NCBI GenBank assembly: GCA_964304625.1
Contig: OZ199840.1
Coordinates: forward strand, 7,633,744-7,697,743
Direction: 5' to 3'
DNA: 64,000 nucleotides
Source: Kudoa neothunni
Lineage: Eukaryota > Animalia > Cnidaria
In this document: positions 26,390 through 38,509 of the stretch, piece by piece
Position numbering within the stretch: position 1 is the first letter of the stretch
How the letters are laid out: the number at the start of each line of letters is the position of its first letter
Translations under genes and position numbers: made by a program
The notes under the pieces: generated by a model
Told to the model about the DNA's origin: nothing
What the model saw: only the letters and a program-made list of their open reading frames with translations
Databases searched by the model: none

Positions 26390-28219
26390 ATGGCTTCACA
26401 AATCGCTTTAATAAGGGATAAGTAAATAAATCTTTAACGGTTCTTTCAAGAAAAATTTTATTAGATCATTTCGTTGTGTGATATACGCAGGAATTCTTGG
26501 AATTGGATCGTCAATACCATTAAATGTTTTTCTCATAACCAATGATGTAATTTTTGATACTCATTATCATTTCACTAAATTTTTTCCCGTTTTATTAGCA
26601 TTATTTAAAGAATTATGAAGAGTATTTTACTTTTGGAGGAACAACTCATTTTATCTTTCTTTGTTGTTGCGGCATTTCCTTGTTTTTGGGATATTTTGTC
26701 AACGCATTCTACTTATACAAGTAGTCTAATCTATTTTAATTTTAAACAATTATTTATAAATAGGTTTAACCGAATTAATAGAGTATATGTTTATTTGAGT
26801 CTAATATTGGTATTATTGTGCGTCGTATTGATATATCATTCAATTTATATAAGTAAATTAATTTTTTATAGTATCAGTTGTCTATGTATATATATATAAA
26901 TGAAAAAAACGCATAGATATGAGGACCTCTATTATTTTGTCAATGGTTTTTATCCCAGCAATAATCTGTAATCTTTCTCTGTCAATTTGAAAGTTATTTT
27001 GACATTTAATAGTTATAGCGGCTATATTACAAGGAACGTTATTTGGTATGCTTTCGTTATTTCCAAAATATTATCTGGCATCATTTTTATTTGGGCGAGT
27101 ACATTGATTTATTTTTATACAAGATAAATGAAACTTTAGTCTCTCTTCGGTTTCTTCGTTGGAATAATAAAGTTGATTTTAGAAGCGTGTAATTTTTATG
27201 TGAGCAATGCAGTGTTTGAGGTGTTTTTCTATTTATACAGGCGAGGTTTCATCCTTTGTGAAAATAATTTTATACAAATGTCTATTTACTATTTCCATTA
27301 CAATGTCGATTTTATTCTTTCATTTTTTCACAAAAAACGTAATTCTTCCATCAAATTTTACCTTGTCATTGTCACCTTCTATTCAGAATTATTATATCTA
27401 CATAATGAGCTTTTCACAACCTATAGTATAATATCAAAACCTAGATATATGTTAAATCCTATTTTCGAAGTCATTTTACAGACGTTCATTTGGCCTAATT
27501 ACTGAAATAAAAATATACGCAAGAATAATAAAAAAGGTATAATTTTTAAATTGGAGAATTTTTAAAAAAATTTAAAAGGTGTACATACCATTCACCACTG
27601 TTTTTCTCTGTTATTTTTCCACATTTGCCGTATATCCGGTTTTACCATCAAACATAAAGTCAAATTCACCAAAAGATGCATGGGGTCGCTAATATATTGT
27701 TTATTTTATACATTGGGATACAATTTAGATCACTATTTCAAAATAATTAATACTTATATTTGTTTCGGTTTTGGCGAATGTTTTGGTCGGGTGCTAGCAA
27801 TCTACAGCTCTACGGTTAGTTATGTCAATTGTGAATCGCTTCTTTATATCATTTAATCATTTAAGCTGGAAGGTGATTCTTATGCGTTGCCTATTTTAGC
27901 CTTTATGAGAGTTATTCTGATATTATTACTGTTACTGTGTAATAAAACACATGGTGTGGCTGAAGTTTTTCCCAATGCACTTGATACCGACATTTTCCCC
28001 ATCGTACTTATGCTATTGTTTTCATTCACAAATGGCTTATATACAAATTGTTCATTTTTGTCTGCAATAAAGTATTTTCGTAAAATTTAAAGTATATTAA
28101 ATAGTGAAAATAGGTTATCATCGTTGGATAAAGTTGAATTATGCCTCACTCTAGCATCGTTAGTAATGGGCTTTTCAATCATGACTGGTTCATTCGTTTC
28201 ATATTTGTTCTTTATCTAG
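26390..28219 (+). CDS. Equilibrative nucleoside transporter (SLC29/ENT family), divergent, many short introns
   Basis: Spliced motifs ILGIGSSIPLNVFLIT (TM1, cf. LGIGSLLPWNFFIT), AILQGTLFGMLSLFPKYY (cf. LQGSLFGLAG.FP), FGECFGRVLA (cf. FD..GR) and LMLLFSFTNGLY (cf. FAFSNGY). Confidence 0.85.
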
Positions 28220-28604
28220 TAGATTATGGCTCGATTAATAGTTTAGCTATATTTATTAACATAGCAAACTTGTATTAATTGTTGATTTTCAATTGTTATA
28301 AAATTTTCTATTTTTTGAGTTAAAATTATGATCATTCTTCAGCAAATGTAAAGGGGAGTTCCTGCGATAAAAATAAATAACATTGCGCATGCCTATATGC
28401 AATATAGGATTAAAAATTTCGGTGCCAACTGAAAATGAATTCATCTTAAGATTATCTTAATTCTAAATTCACTAATCATAATTGTTAAAAGTATTAGTAC
28501 ATTCCGAAAAATTTTACAGCATATATATCAAAAAAAATCACTCTTCTACAACATTTAATGGATCATTAAAATAAATACAAAACAATAATTTGTGGAAGGA
28601 TTCC

Positions 28605-28712
28605 GGATATAAGATTTGTAACCAGAGCCAACATATGCGCGATCAGCAGCAGAGCGATGCGGCACCACCGTCTTTTAAGACGACTCTTGAGATGCGACCA
28701 CGCCTGGCTCAT
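28605..28712 (+). repeat. Dispersed repeat with a tRNA(Lys)-like segment (copy 3 of 3)
   Basis: TATAAGATTTGTAACC...CATATGCGCGATCAGCAGCAGAG...CGTCTTTTAAGACG aligns with the reverse complement of 16830-16945. Confidence 0.5.
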
Positions 28713-30956
28713 TCTTTAAAATTTGATACATAGACCGATACATTACATTTATACCTTAATGACTTTCATTTTTCGTCCATAACATCCTAAATTGTGTCAT
28801 GTTACATGCTGTGCGCAAGACATATGCGTGCGTCTTCAATTATTCTGAAGTATACTGTGCTGAAATCTATTAATTTTAGCTAATTTAATCATAAGATAGT
28901 GTTTAATATTCTTACTTAATTTCAATACACCATTATAACCTAAATAAGTCGTATAATTTAACAAAAAAGTAATTTGGTAGAAAAAAAATGCATATAACTC
29001 TTTGAGAAAGCATTTTAAAAACTTTTTTTATATAAAGTATAATTAAATACATTGTATTTTAGTTTATAAATTTTTTTTTGAACGATTAAAAAATTATATA
29101 AAATGATATATTAAAGTTATTAAATTTATCATAACTATACAAATTCACTTTTACTAAATTGTATAATTATTTAATCGGTTAAGTAGTATTATGTATAAAA
29201 AAAATAATTAAACACATTTGTTATATTTTATAATGAAATTAACGAAAATACAACAATAATAAAAAAATGAGTAAATAACAAGTAATTAATATATAGTAAT
29301 ATACAATCATAAGATTTGTTAAGTATAAATTTTACTAATATATAAAAAATATTATTTTTTATTTCTAAGTTATTTTTTAATTTATAATTTATTATATCAT
29401 GAAACCTAACGTTAAAGTAAATTGTTGCTACATAACACAATTTTTTATACATGCACCATGAGATAGGTTCCTGATTGTATATATCCTGTATTTCAAACGT
29501 TGTAGATTTTATTCAACAATTATAAATACGAATACAATAAATAAATATTTAACAATAATTAGTATACTAATAAATCAATTAATATAAAAAAAATACGACA
29601 AATTATTCGTCAAAGTAAATTGTTAGGTAGAATAATCAATTGTGATTTTTCGGATATTGCATATATTTATTAGTACGCCATAATAAGTAACTCCAATAAA
29701 ATATGATTAAAAATAAATGAATCAGATATAACGATGTTTTCGTATTTCACGCAAGCGCATATTATCGACTGATGGACTATAAGTCAACTATACTCAATTC
29801 TTTAAATATGTTGTGAATTATTGTTTAATGTTATCTATACAATGTCACAGAATTGAAACTTTATACGTTTGCCATAACGACCTGTTGTTGGATTATATTG
29901 ATAAAAAAATATTACTATGAGTACGCCATTTTCTATGTGAATCATTACAATATTCTACAATTGTTGTCTACCATAATTCGATGGTTTAATTATTGACAAT
30001 TAAATAATTTATTTATGAAAAATGTTAGGAAATTAGAAATTCACATCATACAAATTAGGTTTTTGTTGAAACGACGTCATTAAATGAACTCATAAGTTAA
30101 TTTTTAATAACTATCAATTCATTTAAAAATAAAGATATTGCACATTTATGGAACGATATGTATAACTTCAAACACGCAAAAAGAACTACTTAACTAATCC
30201 GCGAATTAATTCATTTACAGATTAACAATCAATAAGTAGATTATAATTGTGTCGGTATTCACACATTTGGTCGGTATTTATTCTAGTGATAATCACAGTT
30301 ATTATTCATTATCATAGTATAATAGAATTAATTATTAATAATAGAACACTTGTTTGCTTTATAAATAAGTTTTTTTCGTTGGTAACATACAAAGCCCTTT
30401 CTATGCTATCCAAATATTTGTTTTATTCTGATGGAAGATCCCCAGAGTCTGACTGGGGGATTAAAAAATACCTGGCTAATGTAGATATGTGAAACAAATA
30501 ACATTATTCGAGTACAAATTCCCTAATGTATAGGGGAAACCTAAATCCACCTATTTATGTTATTGTTGAAAGTAAACTATTAAGTATAGCCTAGTTATTT
30601 TAATGGTGGCGGTGATTACCTCATCAGAATACACAAAACAGCCGCTCACCGAACAAAGTCCGATGTTGATATTTTAATCCCGTCGTCTTTGGCGGTCATA
30701 GCAATTTCGTGAAAAATGATTTTACATCATGTTTTTAAAAGTTTTTTTTAAATTAATTAACAAGTTTGCAAAGAATAAATAAACTCTATAGAATAGTTAA
30801 CAAAAAATTTGAAATATATTTCTTGAATTATGTTAATTGTAATATGCTTATATGGTGCAAATGCGGCGGCGCAAACGTCGTTTTATGGGCGTTTCCAATA
30901 AATCGGTGGATTTCGTTTAATCATCAGTCGTCGTCAATTACGCAGTAACATTAGAA

Positions 30957-31268
30957 ATGTCTGGAAGAGGTAAAGGAGGAAAAGGTCTAGGAAAAGGTGG
31001 TGCTAAAGCCCACAGAAAGATCATTCGTGAATCTATCAGAGGAGTCACCAAGCCAGCCATTAGAAGAATCGCTAGAAGAGCTGGTTGCAAACGTATCGGT
31101 GGTCCAGTATACGAGGAGTGCAGACAAGTCTGCCGTCTCTTCCTTTCCAAGGTTGTTGGAGATGCCATCTGTTACACCGAACATGCCAAGCGCAAGACTG
31201 TCACTGTTATGGATGTTATCTATGCCCTCAAAAGATCCGGACGTACTTTGTACGGTTTTGGAGTCTAA
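30957..31268 (+). CDS. H4: Histone H4, highly divergent, intronless, solitary
   Basis: 103 aa, gapless against canonical H4; [16 protein letters not shown] tail, [18 protein letters not shown] and GRTLYGFG retained; CCAAT at 30895-30899. Confidence 0.97.
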   Translation: MSGRGKGGKGLGKGGAKAHRKIIRESIRGVTKPAIRRIARRAGCKRIGGPVYEECRQVCRLFLSKVVGDAICYTEHAKRKTVTVMDVIYALKRSGRTLYGFGV

Positions 31269-31448
31269 TTTTTGTTATTACTAACATCTCTTTTTTGTTG
31301 ACCAACTTTTCATATGTATATTTCGGTGTCATATATTGCGTTTTTGTTTCGCGTGCTGTTTTCGGTCTGATTATTGATTTTACTGGTGCTACTGCGTGTT
31401 CGTCGCTCCTGCTCGAGTCTTGAGCGTTTAAGTTCGCATTTTTTTGCG

Positions 31449-32359
31449 TTATACTTGCTCTGTTGTTGTTTTTATTTTTCCCAAATTGGGTAATCGTAAA
31501 TTATTAAAATAATTAAAGTGGACCATTGAAATTTTAGGATCGCGAACATAGCATTGATTGATGACACTGGCAGGGTCAATAAATATATCTTGACAAAGTA
31601 TTGAAAGTTGAGGTAAAACACTTGATCGCGTTTTCCAAAAGTTAGGATCGACTGATCTTGTTAAATCTTTCGCCTCTTTACATAACAAATCGAATTCATT
31701 CTTTAGTTGTCGCCTGTCTTTAATCCGTAAAAAGTAACAAAGATCATCAGCATTGAAATGTTCAATTGAAATTATATCTTTTGAATCGAGATTTTTAGAT
31801 ATTGAACATTTTAGTTCATTAATAATTTTGTAGCAAATAGTTCTTGTCGATTCCAAAGTCATCCTTTATCCAGTTACAAATTTTCGAAGTACAATTCTCC
31901 TCTGTTTCAATTATTTTTGAAAAATCACATAATGGAGTAAGTCCATTGATTAAAATATTTATAGAAACCATCAAAATTATTATTTTTAAGGTGTATCAAA
32001 AAAGAGTGTTTCGCTTTCCTATTTTTTAACGTAGGGATGAAAATTTCATGAATAATATGTGAAAAACAAGAGATTCTGGCGATATGAGGTTTCATAATTT
32101 TCAATTCGATATAATATTTTTTCATGTAAGATGCCGAGTCAGAAATAATAGCGATACATTGTATATGTCTCGAAGAATCTAACATAATAGTTTTGCGTCT
32201 ATCTGTGGAACTATCACGGAAACAGGCCAAAATGCTAAAAATTGGTCGGTTTTTAGCATCTGGGAACTTGTCAATTATTAAACTAAATATTTTCCTTAGA
32301 TTGCTTTCTTTATTAATCGAAGAAAATGGAAGGCCATCAAAAGCAACTATTTTAACCAT
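31449..32359 (-). pseudogene. Fragmented hAT transposase (DUF659/CGGBP1-like)
   Basis: FDGLPFSSI, IISDSASYMKK...HIARISCFSHIIH (D and C..H motifs) and FWKTRSSVLPQLSILCQDIFIDPAS (hAT dimerisation-like), split over frames. Confidence 0.7.
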
Positions 32360-33473
32360 ATCTATTTCTATTTTATTTAAATTCGTCGCGATAACATATA
32401 TTAGTTAGAGATTTTAAATCGAAAATTTACAACCCTACTCATAAGATAAGACTCTATTTTTTGAAAACTCAATCGTCGATGACCCTTTTTGCAGCCAGTC
32501 ATTTACCCTGATTAGGTTCGAATACACTTTTAGTAAGTTTTCAAATGGAGGGAGACTATTTAGTTTCTAACCTTCCTTAGGTTTATTTGGGTATTGAATA
32601 ATCCTACAAAAACTGAATTCGTTGAAATCCGTCATGACAATTTCTGATTAAAGCTTAATGTTTGAGTAGATTTCACATTTGTATCATACAATAAATATTT
32701 TTCTTATTATTAGCGCTACAAAATAGAATATTTAGTGGGAACAATATCTGCAAACACTCAGAATGAACTTTGCAACAGTGTTTAGTATGTCTGAAAAAAC
32801 AGTAATGGGCTTCTTATCAATTTTACATACACAACATTCAAGCCTTTAAAATATTTTCCACATATTTGGTGAGCTGGGTTATAAAGTATTCATAATCTCT
32901 TTAATGGAATTTGAATCGTCATTTTAATTACTATCGATGAAATCCATCTACATTATCGCAATAAAATAAAAAAGCAGGTCATGTGATCGTTGGTATTGGT
33001 AATAACCGTATAACCTCAAATTTCTATACCAGTTAAACCTAAAATTTAATTGATGTAATAATAATTATTTTGTCTATCAATTGGTGAGGAAAAAAATTAA
33101 TTGGAGCGTAAACTTGATCCTATGAAGAGCAAACAAATCGCATATACAACCAATACATTCTTGTTGGGGTAAAAATTTCCCCCGAATTCATTAGGAGTTA
33201 AAGGTGAACCGTTACGAATGGAAATCAGAAACAAACTCTATAAATATGTAAGACGATTTATTGCTATTTGCGGAATGACAATTTGATATGGATAAAACGT
33301 TTTTTGGTCTACGATCATATATCAATTTTAATTATTTCTTAGTGAATGTGTATGTGTATAGGGAGAAATAAATAATAGATGATTGGCGGATTTATGCTTG
33401 AAAAACTTGTTTGATCCAACAGATCCAATGATTAAATTTAGTTTATTTTAATTTTATTGCTAAGCTAAAAAGA

Positions 33474-33762
33474 ATGGAAGTCGTCTGAATGCGGTCGTCG
33501 GCTCTACGGAAACCCCCTATTGAGTTTTATTTCGTTCCTGTACCCTGGCGTTTGTTTATGAACGCCCAAGTTCTACCCTTCCGCCAGGCTAGTTTCTCAG
33601 TCGCAGGCAAGGCTACGATAAATCATAAATCCTTGCGATTACTACAGTCTTCCTACTTAATTTCGGATAAGGATTACAAGAACGACTGGACTAGATCTCG
33701 AATTCGCAACCTCATGGTACTCGAGCCACGCCTAACACCACTATGCCTAATTGTCCAGGCTA
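33474..33762 (-). mobile_element. tRNA-derived SINE-like element
   Basis: Minus-strand head GGACAATTAGGCATAGTGGTGTTAGGCGTGGCTCGAGTACCATGAGGTTGCGAATTCGAGATC (A-box and B-box-like); GC-rich body; degenerate flanking duplication aagctaaaaagaa / aagctaagagaa. Confidence 0.55.
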
Positions 33763-34760
33763 AAGCTAAGAGAAAAGTTGATGAAGCCCCCAAAAATACT
33801 ATTATTTTTTTCAACAGAGGACAAGTATAATTTATCTGGTGTCATTCCACCGTAGCTGTAGTAGAGTTATAAAATGTGAAAAGACATGAGATCGTTTATA
33901 AAGACTTAAAACCTTTTTAAGTGAAAAACGAAGCAGTCGGTAGATCTTCCTACAGATTATTAAGTTAGCTATAATATAGCGCTATTAGTTGAGCAGTATT
34001 GTGGGGGGGGGCTTATAAGTTTCAGATGGTGTCTTTGAACGGTATGACAGTCCAGCAAATAATTTTTCCCACTTCTTTTTGACATTAGATGAGTCAATTG
34101 GCATTGGTTCAAAGTCGTTAGAGATTACTGAGGTACGTAAAAATACACAATATAGATGAATAAATAAATTCCTTCACTACTTCAATCTAATAAGCTTATT
34201 TAACTTTTCTCATTGATGTAACTCAACATTGCTAATGAAACCTGATCGAATTAATATAGGCGATGAATTGCAACAGCATCCATCACATTAATGCATCACT
34301 AATGCCTCAGTGTGAAGAATCTACTCAATTTAGAACATTTGGTAAACTTATTATTCATAAATTATTGTGCAGCTTCTTTTCTGAGCTTCAAATTCGTAAA
34401 TTTCCACAAAATGTGATCCATAACTCTAATTTTTACGTACGTTGCCTCTGCCAATTTTAATTAAAATAAAAAATGTATACAAACCACATTAATATCACAA
34501 CGGAATTTTTGAACCTAATAATCATGTAAATTTAAGCCTGTGTAACTCGTTTATATTCACAAATTATTTGTATAAATTGTTTCACTTCGATTTTGTTGTA
34601 ACCACCAGAAATGACAATAAAGTTTCCGACTACTGAAGACAAAACGACGCAAAGCTCAAGAGAATAAAAACAGAATAGAGAGTTACAAAAATTCCGATTT
34701 CTCATATATTTCATATAGATTATACAAAAGCTAGTAAATTGTAATGAAATGTTTTGAGAT

Positions 34761-35714
34761 CTAATATTTGAACAGTGTGACTATTGCAAAAGTGGCATAA
34801 AGCATAAAACTAGGATAACAAATAAGAACGAATTTGTCTGCTCCTTGCATAGCTTTGGTGATGAGTGAGGCGGACGAAATGCTGGACCAGAGGATCATAA
34901 GCATAGCGAGAATGATTCCATGGAGTGACCTAATTTACAATAATTACAAAATTGTATTATAAAAAAATGATTGTTGGTTGACAACGAATAAATACGTCAA
35001 TTCATAAACCAAGGAAACAAGAGCCAAGAATATCATAGGAATTAGAGAGTAGCCGAAAATGCTGGTCACACTGTAGAAAGGGAGAGTTTGTGGAGACATT
35101 AGATTTACCAAACAAAAAAGTAACAAAGAACCCACTACTGATATTCCATATATGATACCAAACCCACTGAATTTTCCCGACTACAAAACCCGTCGAGTTA
35201 GCTATATAAATCAATCCAAAAGCTGGACATACTAGCACCAGCAGGAATCCATATGCCAAACAATACAATATAGGACCACCGAGATCTGCGTCATTAACTA
35301 GATCGATTTCAGTGCGTTTAAAAGGTATCAACACTAGAATGGTCTAAAGATATAATTGAAATTTTAAAAGATTCATGTAGAATCCACTTTTTTCACGATT
35401 TGAACAATATCTATTTCCAATTCTACAAATTTCAATAATAATCATTTTCACTTAGTCCAATAGAAGATATAACCTTCTAAAAGTGGAATATTGTCGTCTA
35501 TTCCATCTATGTTTGTCTGCGATTTGTTATTATAGCCATCCATACTTCCGTAACCATTAGTGGGGTCAAAAATGTTGGGTTGTCCATCGGAATATTGTGG
35601 CATTCCGATATTTATCGGATTATAGACTAGGAAATGATAGATTTTATTTAGTTATTTAGTAAATAAAGATGAGTTATTGGTAAATCTACTTTCATGAGGT
35701 AGTTGGTGATGCAT
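34761..35714 (-). CDS. YIPF5: Yip1-domain Golgi/ER protein (YIPF5/Yip1A-like), multi-exon
   Basis: Spliced motifs DDNIPLLEELEIDI, VNDADLGGPILYCLAYGFLLVL, SGKIQWVWYHIWN region, SVTSIFGYSLIPMIFLA, MILWSSISSASL, ICYPSFMLYATFAIVTLF. Confidence 0.88.
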
Positions 35715-36092
35715 TTATTGAGTTTGGGCATGCGTGAGAATAATGACAATAATGACAGCGCAGTCGTTCCTCCAATACTCTTCTCTGATAATTTAAATTA
35801 TATTTTTTAATTTAAAATACACTGATTATAAATTTATTACTATTCAATTTTGTCGTTAGTTCTTTTAACTAAAAAAAGAATAAATTCAACCGACATCTCA
35901 GGCCATTCTCAATCAGCGCCGTCTGCCGCTTGTCGACTATTGACTGGTGGAATCAAAATCTATTTTTATAATACGATAAACAAGTAAAAAGTCTGCATTA
36001 TTCATCAGAGCTAAAAATTTGAGGAAAATCGAATTTTTACGAATGCATTTCAATTTCTCTCTTTAGTGGAAATTTAATTGAAAAATAATCTA

Positions 36093-37359
36093 CAGTGAGG
36101 TCTCGATAATAGGCACTAAATCGGGACCAGCTTTGCCAACCTAAACCGGATATTCTACATAATCAGAATTTTTTGTAAAAACAGAAGTTACATTTAATCA
36201 TATGTTTAAATATTATGTTGATTTAAAATTAACTCAGAAACTTCACAGTTGACATCATTTGGTCGATGTGTTGAAAAATTTTATCAGTCGTACAAGATCA
36301 TCTAATGTAGAGTACAGCATCCTATTTCTTCTGATGTTTTCGATAGTCCCAGAAAGAAAAAATGCTCTTTCCCAAGCAGCGCTAATCAGAGTTAGTTAAA
36401 GTAAGGGTGTGCTATATTCCAAAATGACTTATGATCATAATAAAACTATGTTTTATCGCTAAGAACGATGAAAAAAAAACCAAAATATTAGTCTCAACTG
36501 AAGCATAACATTTTAAAATGTATAATTGTAACTAACTTAAAATTTATCAAAAATTATTTCCAAATTTGATCGGATCTCGCATCCCCTAAGATGCGGGCAC
36601 CCCAGCAATATCGAGTGTTGGCGCACGCGCAACAAGATTAATTTTTTATTACCTAATGAAAAATGATTTATTTTATTTGAATTATTTAATTGTGAATATG
36701 AATGACATCGATCTAACAGTATTAGAGATTTTTTTAAAGTTATTGTTTTCATGATTATTTCATTTTCTTTTAATTTTACTCATTCTTTATTGCATATTTT
36801 CGTTGAGTACCTAGTTGATAAAAAAGGAAATTTATTGATCAAATCATAAACAATATTATCATCAACGCTCCCCGTTTTTCTATGGAGAATGAGTTTAAAA
36901 ACAAAAGCGACTCTTAAAATCGTCAACCGAATCTTTGCTTCAACAGAAATCAATGATTTTAGTAACATTAGAAATTTTTTTTGTCTTTTCGAAGTCCTAA
37001 CACTATCCGGTCGTATAACTCAAATTCAAGTTGGATACATTTTGCATTTGTAATCCTTTCACAAATAGAAGCAACATTGGACTTTATTATATCAGGTCTA
37101 TTGAGCAAAATTTTATTCAAAGAAGAATAACCTTTTCTAATTTGGATAAAACTCAACATAACAGAATACATGGTAATCTATGATGCTCTAGAGTCATTTA
37201 TTGGCATTTCAAATTGATTAATTGAGTCATAATATTAAATGATTTCAATTTTTCATCAACATTTTTTCTTCTGTCACAATGCCGATCTCTCAAATGTATA
37301 ATTTAGTTGATTAATCGGATCAAAGTTTAAAGTAACCACTCTATATCGAGACCTTACGG
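36093..37359 (-). mobile_element. Degenerate pogo-like element with transposase remnants
   Basis: TIRs CAGTGAGGTCTCGATA / TATCGAGACCTTACGG with TA flanks; minus-strand fragments such as SLILLDRCHSY resemble the DDE_1 LILD..H motif. Confidence 0.7.
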
Positions 37360-37366
37360 TATATAA

Positions 37367-38390
37367 CTAAGGTGGCCAAACTCGCCCATAGAGGGAGTCA
37401 ACTTTAAGGTTGCCCAAATTTTCAAGAGCCACAAGGCATTAAAATTATTTATGTACCTTTTCCTTATTTAAAACTTACATTTTTGGAAAACTTTTGTTAA
37501 ATATTAAGAGAAAATGTTATAGAATTACAAATAAAGGTTTTTAATTTCTCTTATTCGATTAATCGCTGGGAAACTTTATATAATTTTTACAGGTATAATG
37601 TATGATGGTTTTTCAAAAAAATAAATTAGTTGTTTATGATCCCAGAAACTTGTCCTCTACGAAAAAATTCGCAAAAATAATAAAATATTTTTCATTTTTA
37701 ATCCTTTATGGTAGTCTGACAAAAAATAAAATTAAATATATACAAATAAAATAATTACAAAAGAATTTATTGCTTTCGAAATTTTTGTTTGTAGAAATTG
37801 TTTCTAATGTTACAAGTTTTTTATGTTTACATATTAGCGGTAAGCTAACGGTAATCTGGTACGTATGCTGTTAACGCTGTACGAATTAGTTCCGTCAGGT
37901 GTTTATTTGTGAAGGAGGGATCTACGAGGCTTCGATTTTACAAACTTCATCGTTAAATAAATGGGCTCACTGCAATGAGTTGTTCCAAGGATAGAAACAA
38001 GTTGATGAAAATTCCTTTTAATTTGGAATATTTATTTTCTGGAACGTATTTCCAAAATTTTCTTGGTGAGTTGGAATAACGAACCATCTTAAAAGCTTTA
38101 ATGCGTGTTTCATTATTTCGATAGCTATCACTTTGGTAATGGATAAACATTACTTCTAATTGCACTTCCTAATAGAACTAGTAATAATGCTAATTCGCAT
38201 AAAATATCAAAACTATGTAATAATTTTTAACTATATTTTCTAATCCAAAAAATATCTAATTTACGATTAAAGAGTTCAATTGATTAAATAGTTTAAACTT
38301 TGTACTTATCCGAATTAACGAGCTTGTCGAGTTAAAAAAAATTCAACTCAAACAAAATTTTTTCCAAGAGCCAAAGTTTGGCCACCCCTG
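37367..38390 (-). mobile_element. Internally deleted hAT element (GTF2IRD2/SPIN-like remnant)
   Basis: TIRs CTAAGGTGGCCAAACT / AGTTTGGCCACCCCTG; 8-bp TSD GTATATAA / GTATATAC; remnant KFWKYVPENKYSKLK of the hAT dimerisation domain. Confidence 0.8.
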
Positions 38391-38509
38391 GTATATACGG
38401 AAAGCTGGATTTAAATGAAACAAAAATGCGAAAAAGAATGAAAAAATAAATTGATTAATTGAAAAAGGGTAAAGAAAGATGATAATACAAAATTCAAAAT
38501 TTGCGTATG

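Noticed and set aside
30605-30650. GC-rich hairpin GGTGGCGGTG...CAGCCGCTCACC upstream of H4, considered as ncRNA or SECIS
   Set aside because: Stem has two bulges, no SECIS core or known RNA family motif; single occurrence
30938-31423. Four ORFs overlapping histone H4
   Set aside because: Expected by-products of a locally GC-richer coding region; no independent evidence
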